DNA from: Mytilus edulis
Taxonomy: Eukaryota
Length of the DNA: 64,000 bases
Direction: 5' to 3'
NCBI RefSeq assembly: GCF_963676685.1
Contig: NC_092346.1
Span: 28,582,001 to 28,646,000 of the forward strand
The notes under the pieces were generated by a model. That model was not told the origin of the DNA and did not search any database. It worked only from the letters and a program-made list of their open reading frames with translations. This document shows positions 52,207 to 63,984 of this stretch, one piece after another. The position numbers and the translations under genes were made by a program. Within the stretch, counting starts at the first letter, position 1, and the number at the start of each line of letters is the position of its first letter.

Positions 52207-52334
52207 TAACAGAAATAAAAAAAAAATAACTTTTGCATTTTATAATTTCAAAATAAAGTGAGTTGTCAAGGAATTTTTATAAAGAATTAAGGGGGAGGGA
52301 GTGAACGATGTTCCTATTTTTTTATATTTATATA

Positions 52335-53347
52335 TGTAGGACTCTAAAGTGCGATGGTACTCTAAAGTGCGATGGTCACGCTAAAGTGCGATGGTCTACG
52401 CTAAAGTACGATGTTGTCTCACGCTAAAGTGCGATGGTTGTTTGTTTGCTAAAGTAAGATGGTATATCACGCTAAAGTGCGATGGACCAATATGATAAGG
52501 TCGACGGTTTAAAACATTAAAATACATGGATTTAAAAAAAAAACTGGTCTATTTGCAAAAGCTAGAATGCTAAGGTGTAACATATGATTTATCATTTATG
52601 ATTTTATGGCTTTATGATTTATCGGTAATCTTAAGTGATAGTTTCTAAAATTTATTTTGAAGACCGACCACATTGTCGGAATACATTAAGTAACATTTAT
52701 TTGTACAAGGTGTTTTATTCTTGAATGCGAGAAAAAGTCAATATTCGTCAAGCTTTCTCTTTTCCGTAAAAAAGACATGTTATATTTTCCTCCACTGTAC
52801 AAACTATGTTTTAGCCGACAATTTATAATTTACGCTGAAAAACATGAACCTTTATTTTACTGACGTTACTTTTTAATAAAATCGAAAATATTTTTAAGGG
52901 GACCGCAATGTAAACTGAATTGTAAACAATAATTTCAGTGCATCCGTTCGCTGCCAATAGAAGCAGGATCTACGATACCTATATTCGTATACTATTTTCA
53001 ACCTATTTAGCATCTATAAAGTAAAATGGTTGACTGCAGGACACAAGTCCTTCTTCAAGCATCCGAAATAAATCAACACAGTTGCTTCAGCCGACGAAGC
53101 ACGGTTAGGTCTGAAATTAAAACATGGACATTTGGTGAATCAAATGTTCTTAATTTATGTTCCGGCATATACATTTTTGGTTTGTATAAACGACTGTTAA
53201 CGTCATAATCCAAGTACAATTCTCTCGTCTATACTTTCGCGGACCATCGCACTTTAGCGTATGGAGGAATCGTGCTTTAGCGTAGACCATCGCACTTTAG
53301 CGTGACCATCGTACTTTAGCGTCCCCATCGCACTTTAGAGTCCTACA
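52335..53347. mobile_element. Non-autonomous TIR element with TGT...ACA ends and sub-terminal tandem motifs (Ginger-like; classification tentative), specific to unit 3
   Basis: Perfect 23-bp TIR TGTAGGACTCTAAAGTGCGATGG; CTAAAGTGCGATGG repeated ~7 times on the left and ~5 times inverted on the right. Absent in units 1 and 2; no clean TSD. Confidence 0.8.
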
Positions 53348-53374
53348 TCATGAATAAATATAAAATATGCCTTT

Positions 53375-54689
53375 AGAGCAATTTGGACTTCCCGTGTTGT
53401 CATGTGACATATTAACCACTGACGATATTCATCAGAGCAATTTAGACTTGCCGTGTTGTCATGTGACATGTTTACCACTGACGAGATTCATCAGAGCAAT
53501 TTAGACTTGCCGTGTTGTCATGTCACATATTAACCACTGACAAGATTCATCAGAGCAATTTAGACTTTTCATGTAGTCATGTGACATATTAACCACTGAC
53601 GAGATTCATCAGAGCAATTTAGACTTGCCGTGTTGTCATGTGACATATTAACCACTGACGAGATTCATCAGAGCAATTTAGACTTGCCGTGTTGTCATGT
53701 GACATATTTACCACTGACGAGATTCATCAGAGCAATATAGACTTTCCATGTAGTCATGTGACATATTAACCACTGACGAGATTCATTAGAGCAATTTAGA
53801 CTTGCCGTATTGTCATGTGACATATTAACCACTGACGAGATTCATCAGAGCAATTTAGACTTTCCATGTAGTCATGTGACATATTAACCACTGACGAGAT
53901 TCATTAGAGCAATTCAGACTTGCCGTATTGTCATGTGACATAGTAACCACTGACGAGATTCATCAGAGCAATTTAGAGCAATTTAGACTTTCCGTGATGT
54001 CATGTGACATATTAACCACTGACGAGATTCATCAGATCAATTTAGACTTTCCGTGTTGTCATGTGACATATAAACCACTGACGAGATTCATCAGAGCAAT
54101 TTAGACTTCCCGTGTTGTCATGTGACTTATTCACCACTGACGAGATACATCAGAGCTATTTAGACTTCCCGTGTTGTCATGTGACATATTAACCACTGAC
54201 GAGATTTATCAGAGCAGTTTAGAGCAATTTGGACTTGCCGTGTTGCCATGTGACATATTAACCACTGACGGGATTCATCAGAGCAATTTAAACTTTCCGT
54301 GTTGTCATGTGACATATTAACCACTGACGAGATTTATCAGAGCAATTTAGACTTTCCGTGTTGTCATGTAACATATAAACCACTGACGAGGCATCAGAGC
54401 AATTTAGACTTTCCGTGTTGTCATGTGACATATTAACCACTGACGAGATTCATCAGAGCAATTTAGACTTTCCATGTAGTTATGTGACATATTAATCACT
54501 GACGAGATTCATCAGAGTAATTTAGACTTGCCGTGTTGTCATGTGACATATTAACCACTGACGAGATTCATCAGATCAATTTAGACTTTCCGTGTTGTCA
54601 TGTGACAAATTAACCAGTGACGAGATTTATCAGAGTAATTTAGACTTGCCGTGTTGTCATGTGACATATTAACCACTGACGAGATTCAT
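53375..54689. repeat. 59-bp tandem array, ~22 units (unit 3)
   Basis: Same monomer, with array-specific variants GCAATTT and TTAACC. Confidence 0.97.
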
Positions 54690-55315
54690 ATTTCTAATAA
54701 AACATACGAGGTGCTGCCAGCTTAAATTTGGTTTTTGAGATCTCAACCATCGACCTCGATATTGAATAAAAAAGAACCAGAAAGTCCAGCCAAGGACGTT
54801 TAGCCAAGGACGTCCTTGGTCCAGTTCAGAAAATCAGTATAGAAAAGGCCATGACTCTTTAATATCGGTATCATAGATAAAACTAACAACAACAAAAACA
54901 ACAATACAATCACGTTAAATAAATAAAAGGTTGACCAGTCTTTGATTGGCCGATGTGATGATACCGATTTTTAATATAGGCCGGAAGCTCTCGTTTCTTT
55001 TATGGTTGGCTTTGTTTCTGTAATCCTCAATTGTATTTTCTCTATATTTTAGCACATCATTTAGGCAATTTTCTCTATTATTTGTTTCTTTTAGCCATCT
55101 CATGATTCTTTGGTCCATTAGTATCTATTCCTTATATATATTTTATATTTTCAATTTTAAATGCAGACCAAAAATCTTTAAGTCCGTTTCAATATATATT
55201 TAAAAATAAAGATGTGGTACGATTGCCAACGAGACAACTATTTATAAGAGACAAAATGACATAGAAATCATAATTAACAACTATAGTTCATCGTATGGCC
55301 TTCAACAATGAGCTA

Positions 55316-56677
55316 ATATATAAAAAAGAAGATGTGGTATTATTGCCAATGAGACAACTATCCACAAAAGACCAAAATGACACAGACATTAACAACTATA
55401 GGTCACCGTATGGCCTTCAACAATGAGCAAATCCCATACCGCATAGTCAGCTATAAAAGGCCCCGATAAGATAATGTAAAACAATTCAAACGAGAAAACT
55501 AACGGCCTTATTTATGTAAAAAAAGAACGAAAAACAAATATGTAACACATAAACAAACGACAACCACTGAATTACAGGCTCCTGACTTGGGACAGGCACA
55601 TACATAAATAATGTGGCGGGGTTAAACATGTTAGCGGGATCCCAACCCTCCCCTATTCTGGGACAGCGGTATAACAGTACAACATAAGAACGAACTATAA
55701 AAATCAATTGAAAATGGCTTAACTCATCAGAAGGACAATTATACAAGTGAACGTGGCCGGTACTTATACATCCCGACACAAAAAGACACAATGAACAGAT
55801 CTGAGAGTACTCGCAGTTATCTGACAGCTAGTTCAAAGCCACTAACAACTAATAAAAAAATCATGGAACTGAGACTAAACTATCAATCCGTATACATCCA
55901 ACATCCAATGGATTTAGTGTCAGAGTCATCGATAGCCAGAGAAATACATGACCTTGTGCAATGCCAAGTTACAGGTATCGACAGATTGTAGATCCATGAA
56001 TATGTATATGCATATAACATACTAATAATATTTAGTTAGCTTTTAATTTACTGATAACACAATCAATATTTATACCAATAAAAACAATATTCAATGATCT
56101 AATTACAGTGTTGAATAGGTAACCTTTTAGAATAAGTTTATTTAAAGGAGCGACAAGTTTACATGGATCATTTCTAAATTTCCGGGCACGGTTAACAACA
56201 TTTCCGTAAAAATGAGGATATGCTATCCCGTTTGAAATAAGTTTTCTACAGGTACAACCAAACTTCAAAACCAAATCTTTATATCTATGGAAAAATTTAA
56301 TAAAGGTTTTAAGTAATTTATGGTAATGATATCCCTGGTTTAATAATTTACCAGTAATACATAGGTTGCGTTGGTTAAAATAAAAAACGTCACAACAGAC
56401 ACGGGTATAGCGAACAAGTTGTGAAATATAAACACCGTAAAATGGTGCCAAAGGAACATCACCATCTAAAAATGGAAAATTAACAATAGGGAACGAAAAA
56501 TCGTCTCTTTTGTCGTAAATTTTAGTGTGGAGTTTCCCGTTTAAAACCGAAATATCTAAATCCAGGAAAGGACAGTTATTACCGAATAAATTTGATTTAT
56601 TTAAAGTAAGTTCCTTGGGGTACATTTCCGCAGTATATTGAGAAAATTCTTGATTATTTATTTAACGAAAAAATATC
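55316..56677 (-). mobile_element. 5'-truncated Penelope-like retroelement (probably Naiad-type) nested in an older copy of the same family
   Basis: Absent in units 1 and 2 (empty site GAGCTAAGCCTATTCC). Carries the RT C-terminus plus a ~700-bp 3' UTR ending ...CATTGGCAATAATACCACATCTTCTTTTTT. Confidence 0.8.
56032..56660 (-). pseudogene. Reverse transcriptase C-terminal (thumb) fragment, Penelope-like
   Basis: NNQEFSQYTAEMYPKELTL...CPFLDLDI...TKIYDKRDDFSFPIVNFPFLDGDVP...YGVYISQLVRY.RVC. Truncated just downstream of where the YxDD motif would be; stop follows KLKAN. Confidence 0.8.
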
Positions 56678-58009
56678 AGCCTATTCCGCATATATGCAGA
56701 TATAAAAGACCCCGAAATGACGAATATAAAACAATTCAAACGAGAAAAAGAACGAAATAATTTAACTAAAATAATGAACGAAAAACAAATATGCAACACA
56801 CCAAGAAACGACAAGCACAGAATTACAGGCCCCTGATTTAGTACAGGTAATGGACATAAAAACGTGGCAGTGTTAAACATGAATGTGCATGGGAGCTAAA
56901 CCCTCCCCTTAACTGGGACAGTTGTTTAAAAGTACAACTTAAGAATAAAAGCAAAATCAGTTTAAAAGACTAACTCATCAGGTTGATTCAAATACTACAA
57001 ATATCTATCTAAAAAGATACAAAGTTGACGTGGCCGCATATTTGAATATTCCAACAACAGGGAGACACAAGTATAGAGCTGAGAATACCCGTAGTTACTG
57101 ACAGCTAGCTCAAACCTAGGCCAACTGATAATAAATGAAAAAAAATCAGGCATTCAAGACTAAATTATCAATCAGTACAGAGACATTTAACATCCAATGG
57201 ATTTAGTGTGAAGAATGTTATTTTAAAAAGCCTGAAACATATGTTGATGAAAAAATACCTGAAAGTGGTGCTAAAAACTTAAAGGGGATACGATACATAC
57301 AGTTGTAATACCTGTTGTAGTATGCATGTCGTGCTAAAATCAGCAACTATCTTAAGTCTACTAAATTACAACGGTAAACCAAAAGTAGTATTGCCACATT
57401 GATCTGTGTCCACACTTGTTATAGGATTTAATTTATTTTGCGGCGTCGATATCGTCATAATTCTTTATGATATAAAGAAGATGGGAAGAAACTTTGGACC
57501 ATAGTATGGTGGCCGGATGCGGCCATTTCGCCTTTTCGCGACGGTTTTTGTGTTTGTTCCTTTCAATTTGCAAACGCAAAATCGGGAAATTGAGAATTCG
57601 GGAAATTGAGAAATCAGGAAATCGGGAAATCGGGAAATTGGGAATTCGAGAAATCGAGAACTCAAGAAAACGTACAAAAGATGTTAGAAAGGGTATTTAT
57701 TTAATGGACATTTCAGCTTTCTTCGGGCTTCTATTAACTAAACGAATTTAGGTGCACGCCGTCGACACGACGAATAGTCTTCTTTTAAATTCAACACGTG
57801 TGACAATAAAGGAAAAAACTCAATGAGAGAAATGTATCAATTTTGAATTCTATCATCATATTTCACATTTTCAAAATTCAATCATGCATATGAAAACAAA
57901 ATTTCCCATATTTGTAGAGCGTTGATAAAATTAAAAACTACATCTACATGTAGTATGAAGCTCTAAAAAATTTACACACTGAGATGTTATGAAGTCAACA
58001 ATGTGCATA

Positions 58010-58240
58010 AATGAGCAACACGACGGGTGCCACGTGAGGAGCAGGATCTGCTTACTCTTCCGGAGCACCTGAGATCACCTCCAGTTTTTGTTGGGGTTCG
58101 TGTTGCTTAGTCTTCAGTTTTCTATGCTGTGTCTTATGTACTATTATTTGTCTTTTGTCTTTTTAGTTTTTAGCCATGACGTTTTCAGTTTATTCTCGAT
58201 CTAAGAGTTTGACTTTCCCTCTCGTATCTTTCGTCCCCTA
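58010..58240 (+). mobile_element. Interspersed repeat (SINE-like) at the distal duplication breakpoint
   Basis: GAGCAACACGACGGGTGCCAC.TG.GGAGCAGGATCTGCTTAC.CTTCCGGAGCACCTGAGATCAC... continues here; only its first ~40 nt remain at the two internal junctions. Confidence 0.6.
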
Positions 58241-58806
58241 ACAATATGTATAAATTTTATATCTTGCAATTTTCCTTTTCACACTAATAAAACTTAACTA
58301 ATAACTATATAATCTCTTTACTTGTAAGTATTACTGGCGCTAACGCTTTCTACGATATGATTTATCGAAATTTTAAAAACATTCAAAGTTCTACTACAGA
58401 AGCACATTTAGGAACTTCTAAAAATATTGTTTGAATTCGAAATCACGAATTTAATCATACTTATCATATTTTTGGATGGTCCTCAATGGGCTTCCGTAGA
58501 GTTCTTTACACAAATAAAATTGATTGAACAATTTGTCTTATTTGTAATTTATTAGTATATTAATGGAAAATCCTGTTACAGCCGATTTCATTGAGTCATT
58601 CTTAGGTTAGGTAAACTATCCTCTTTTTAGAGTAGACTAGTCCGACAGATAACCAATCTATCTATCTGTTGGACTATGCTACTTTGAAATGAGGATAGTA
58701 TACTTGAACTTATAAGGACTTCACGGTTCAGCTAACTAGCAAGCTAACCAAATATATTACCTTTTCCTACATACTCGATGAAGTCGGCTGCCGTGAACAG
58801 GATGTT

Positions 58807-59929
58807 TATGGCAAGCTGTTCTCGTCAAAACTATGTTTAAACCATTTTTCGAAAAAATTACACACTGAGAATTAAAACCGTTGCAAAGCACAATGAGATT
58901 TAAAAACTTCAAAACACACACTGAGAATTAAAAATTACACACTGAGATTTCATAAAGACGCAACGAGATTACAAAAATGAAAAACACACACTGAGAATTG
59001 AAAATTACACACTGAGATTCAAAAAGACACATTGAGAATAAATAAACTGAAAACACACACTGCATGAGAATTCAAAATTACACACTGAGATTTGTGCGCA
59101 CTTTTTTATGCGCATATATCTAATTAGCATACTTAATCTGAATCTATTACAAGCTTAAAACAACTAAGGGGCAGAACTCGTTAGTCCTTCGATTTGGTTC
59201 CAAATTATTTATAAAAAAAAACTTTAGAAATACAAGAACAAGAAAAATACCCACTTACCGTCTTATTACAAAATATAACGAAATGATGAAAAACTTTATT
59301 AGAATTATAAGAAAGTATTGGAACAATCTGTAAAAAAAAACAAAGAACGCAAAATGTTTACTCAAGTGTCTATAATTATGGCATATAAACGTAACAAAAA
59401 TATAAAAGATTACCTTGCGAAATCAGGGTAACAGTTGGAAGAATTTAGAAAAGGGACTCATGCTTAAACGGTGTTAAGTTTTAAAAAAATCCTGAAACAC
59501 TGGTAGTAATGATCTGAATTATAGGTAACAAACTTATGAATATGAGCGATGTTAAGTCTTGAAATTTATTACGAATGTTGGTTGAAGGAATCGCATTTCA
59601 TCATAATGACAAGAGTTCTTGAGATCAAGATATTAATCTGTTTAATTTTCATCTCATGAATATTCATTAGTAATTTGCATATTAATTTCAGTGTGTATTT
59701 TTGAAATCTCAGAGTGTAATTAACAATTCGCAGTGTGTGTTTTTTCAATTTTTTTCATCTCAGTGTGTCTTTTTAAAATCTCAGTGTGTAATTTTGAATT
59801 CTCAGTGTGTGTTTATTTAATTTTTTTAAAAATATTAGTGTGTTATTTTAGGTTTTTAAATCTCAGTGTGTATTTTTTTTCTTCGAAAAAAGGGTTTAAA
59901 CATAGTTTTGACGAGAACGGCTTGCCATA
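58807..59929. mobile_element. IS3EU-type non-autonomous DNA transposon
   Basis: GATGTT|TATGGCAAGCTGTTCTCGTCAAAACTATGTTTAAACC ... GGTTTAAACATAGTTTTGACGAGAACGGCTTGCCATA|GATGTT: TAYGG termini, ~37-bp TIR, 6-bp TSD, inverted sub-terminal arrays of ACACACTGAGA. Confidence 0.85.
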
Positions 59930-60084
59930 GATGTTCCCTTAATATACTAGAGGTCAGTACTTAAGACTCGATACAGATGAAAATATAGAATACACGAGAA
60001 AAATAAGCAAGATGCTCTCTCAAGTAAACTATTTAATTTGTGGTTGAAAAAACAAGTCAAAACACCGACCATTGAAAACAGTGT

Positions 60085-60680
60085 TTATAAGAGTATTGAA
60101 TATTGTTTTTATTGGTATTAATATTGATTTTGTTATCAGTAAATTAAAAGCAAACTATATAATATATACACATTCATCGATCTACAATCTGGGATGCCTG
60201 TATCTTGGCATTGCACAAAGTTATGTGTTTTTCTTACTATTTATGACGCCTTTTCCCTAAATGCATTGGATATTTAGTCTTTAGATGCATGATTTTTTTT
60301 ATTAGTTGTTAGTGGCTAGTAATATTTAATAGTGAACTGCGAGTACTTTCAGATCTGTAACTAGTGTCTTTTTGTTGCTGGGATGTACAGGTACCCGGCC
60401 AAGTCCACTTGTATTTATACTCATTTGTAGTATTTGTATTTTTATCCATCTGATGAGTAAAGCCGTTTTTAACTGATTCTTATAGTTCGTTCTTATGTTG
60501 TACTGTTATACCACTGTCCCAGGTTAGGGTAGGGTAGGGAAAATAAGGCCGTAAAAATTCTCGTTTGAATAGTTTTACATTGTAATTAATGCCTGTTATA
60601 GCTGACTATGCGGTATGGGCTTTGTTCATTGTTGAAGGCAGTACGGTGACCTATAGTTGTTAATTTCTATTTCATTTGGT
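60085..60680 (+). mobile_element. Degraded 3' fragment of the same Penelope-like family (further fragment at ~60820-61185)
   Basis: Encodes IRVLNIVFIGINIDFVISKLKAN, matching the end of the 56032-56625 ORF, followed by a deleted version of its 3' UTR. Confidence 0.75.
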
Positions 60681-61789
60681 CGAATAAATGTTTTTACAAA
60701 TTCCAGCCACGAAATCAAAGTGTAAAATTCATACAAATAGCTTCTACTTTGAAACTTTCAAACCATTAACCAAATCAAATAAATGATATAAGGTGGTCGT
60801 ACATTATATCTGTGTCGGGGCATTGCACAATGTCGTAGTTTTCTCTGACTGTAAATGAATTCATTACACTAAATCTGTTGGATTGTGAATGCGTACTGAT
60901 TTGTATTTTAAATATCAATCAGTGTACACACTATGCATTTAAAGTTTAGTGTTAGATGCATATTTTTTTGGTTATAAGATATAAGAAGATGTGGTATGAG
61001 TGCCAATGAGACAACTCTCCATCCAAGTCACAATTTATAAAAGAAAACTATTATGGTCAAAGTACGATTCTCAACACATTAGTTGTTGTTTACAGTGAAC
61101 TAGCTGCCAGTAACTGTAACAACTCTCAGATCTGTACTAAGTGTCTTTTAGTTGTGGTGATGTATAAATACCCTGCAACGTTAACTCTGTGCTTTTTGTA
61201 ACATGTGTATTTTTATTTGCATTCATCAGAAAGGCATTCACATCAAAGCATGCACAAATGGAACAAGGGTGGTGGACGCCATAATGGATGACTGTGCATT
61301 GAAGGTTAATCCAAACCCTTGAATGTATATATAAAAAAATAAATGAAAGTTCTTCTAAAAAAGAGAAACACATATAGCCGGTAATATCTGATAAATATTA
61401 CTACTTGTAGCAATACATATCGCGCAAATTCAGCATAAAAGTACTAAAGTATCAGGAATCACACCAAACGATTATTATCCACATTGATATGTGTCCACAC
61501 TTGTTCTGTAATAAAATATCAGTATTTTGCGGCGTCGATACAGCATTCATATTTTTTTTATGATGTCAAGAACATATGGTCTACAACTGTAATTGACAGA
61601 GAAATCTTCAAACAGGAGAAATGTTCCGCAAAGCAATACGTATAATCAAATCAGCTAAATGACCCGGTGAAACTGTCTATACCCGGTCCCTTATAGAGTT
61701 CTTTCTTTTGAATAGTGATTTTTATCAATTTTTTTATTTAGTCTATGAAAGAAACTATGATAGGTGGGAGATTCCTTTAAAAGCTGGTA

Positions 61790-62470
61790 AGAACTAAATG
61801 ACCAACACTTTGAACAACTTTTAGCCAAATATAAGTTTTCCAAATGTCATTATGATAAAGAAACACCAGAAACAAGTTATTTACGCCCAATAAATAAACA
61901 ATCACTGGTATTATCAACACATAATAAATCAACAAACTAGGAAACAACTTATTAATACACAATAAATAAACAAACACTGGTGTCAACTTATTAACAAACC
62001 CAATAAAAGTCTGTGACATTACAACTTATTAGCCATCATCGCACAGAAAAGGGAGATAACAAAGAATCTGAGAGAAACTGCAGGCTGTGCTGTTACCAAT
62101 GACAAACACTTGGAAAAACTTTTTGACAAACACAGTCGGAAACTTATTGATAAGCACAGTGGACAATTTATTGACCAACACATTGCAATTTATTTGGCGT
62201 TATCACACAAAAAAGGTAGATACAGTGAATGTTAGAATTCTATGCGGCAGCGCTGTTGCCATACTTCGACGTCATAAATATCCCCAATGCCAATGTTCAT
62301 TGTCGAAGTATCGGCAATACGCTGCAGCGGAATAAGTTTTCAAAGTCTAGAAATTTATTCTATTCAGCTTTTTGAAGATAAGAAAATCGAAAGGCAATTC
62401 TGGTGAGTAATGTTATTTCACTTTATTCAAGTAATGCACTTTTCAATCAGTTATTTTTTTAGAAAGAACA
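61790..62470 (+). promoter_or_regulatory. Upstream region and non-coding exon 1 of a fourth, more diverged paralog (rest of the gene lies beyond the window)
   Basis: Aligns with 17850-18850, including TTCTATTCAGCTTTTTGAAGATAAGAAAATCGAAAG.CAATTCTG|GTGAGTAATGTTATTTCAC. Intron sequence resumes at ~63987 (CATAAAACAAAAA). Confidence 0.75.
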
Positions 62471-62488
62471 GCCATATTTAGAAAGAAC

Positions 62489-63984
62489 AATTCTAATATG
62501 ACGTGCTTCTTTAGCTTTGTAAAGAAACTATACTTTATTATCCAATCATAAAATTAGTTTGCACATGCGTATATTGGCTACGGCAGAAAAATGAATTTTA
62601 TCAAATTGGTATGCATTTAATGTATTCCATTAACTTAAAAAAAGTTTCAAACTCCAAAATGATACACATTTTGTTACTAATACTTTTACAATGACAACAA
62701 TGTGTTACAATTTCGACATATTTGACCTAGATACCGCAACGTCCATGTTGGCTACCCCTCCCTCTGAAAAACACGTTTCATCTATCCTGTTAAAAGGCAT
62801 GTATATAATAATTTCATTGAAACATATGATCTGACGATAAAATATAAAATAAGTATAGGTTATTAATTATAACTGTTGTACTGAAATGACAAAATTGTGT
62901 CATATTTATGAAAAATGGATTGACCCTAGCAGGGAATCGAATCCCATTCTATAAAAAAAAAAATAGGCGTAATTACCAATATACCACCAAGGTTTCCAAT
63001 CCATTTTACAAATGCAACAAGATTGTCACTCAGTATTAATTTTAATCATCATGTAATACAGAATTTGAAATCGTCGCAATTATTTGGACTTAAAAAAAAG
63101 TAAAATCACAAAAATACTGAACTTAGAGGAAGATCAATTGGGAAAGTCCATAATCTGAACATGGCAAAATCAAATAACAAAACGCATCAAAAACGAATGG
63201 ACAAAAACTGTCATATTCCTGACTTGGTACAGGCATTTTCAAATGTAGAAAATGGTGGATTAAACCTGGTTCTATAGCGCTAACCTTCTCACTTTAATGA
63301 CAGTCTCATCAATTTCCGATATTTTTACATTGATGCGTTAACCGCAAGTATAAATGAATTTCTGTCAAAGGGCCCCTCCTGTCGAGTCTCGAATGTCAGC
63401 AAAACGTTATCAAGGAATCCTCTATCAGATTTGAACATATTTACCAATGCTACAATGATCTACAATAACCGGCGGAACATTTACAATTAATTAAGTAAAT
63501 AAAGATCGACCTACCCGATTCTCCTTGTGCATCCACCGCCATTGACAACTGACTTGAAAATGTGCGTGTCAGAAATTGACCTCAAAGAAATGTATAACTT
63601 TTCTGTTATATTGTGACACAAATATTGTTTAAGTTAATAAATTTGATAATTTCTGTTTCAATTTTGAATTTTACAAACTTACAACTTTGCGAAATTAAAC
63701 TGGTTTGAACTAGTTGGATAAAAATCGACAGGGAGGTTGATGGAAGAGCCTACACAAATACAGTACACCCTATACACAGCGAACATAGAAATTACCGTAA
63801 TTGTCCTAATCAGAATCGAAATAATTGATGCCAGCTATACTTTATTTTAGTTTTAACATGGGTAGGCATTATATTCGTGTCATTTTAGCCCTCGCTATCG
63901 CTCTGGCAAAAATAATCACGAATATAACTGATGCCTACCCATGTTAAAACTACAATAAAGTATAGCTGGCATCAATTATTTCTT
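62489..63984 (+). mobile_element. Second member of the hairpin-ended TSD-less family, opposite orientation, with a nested repeat at ~63090-63340
   Basis: Begins ATTCTAATATGACGTGCTTCTTT.GCTTTGTAAA (the reverse complement of the 34810-34843 end). Ends GTCCTAATCAGAATC followed by the palindrome 63818-63982 and TT. Confidence 0.75.

Larger units (their letters stand above)
43242..58048 (+). repeat. Tandem segmental duplication, unit 3 (~14.8 kb including private insertions)
   Basis: Collinear with units 1 and 2, more diverged in its 3' half; homology ends at GGAGCAGGATC (58048). Confidence 0.92.

Noticed and set aside
18220-58048. Triplication as a pure assembly artefact
   Set aside because: The units have distinct SNPs, repeat counts and private TE insertions, and are joined by a novel chimeric junction found at neither outer boundary. 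Read-level confirmation is still desirable.
60445-60470. Hammerhead in the PLE 3' UTR (CTGATGAG)
   Set aside because: No downstream stem II-GAAA-stem III arrangement.
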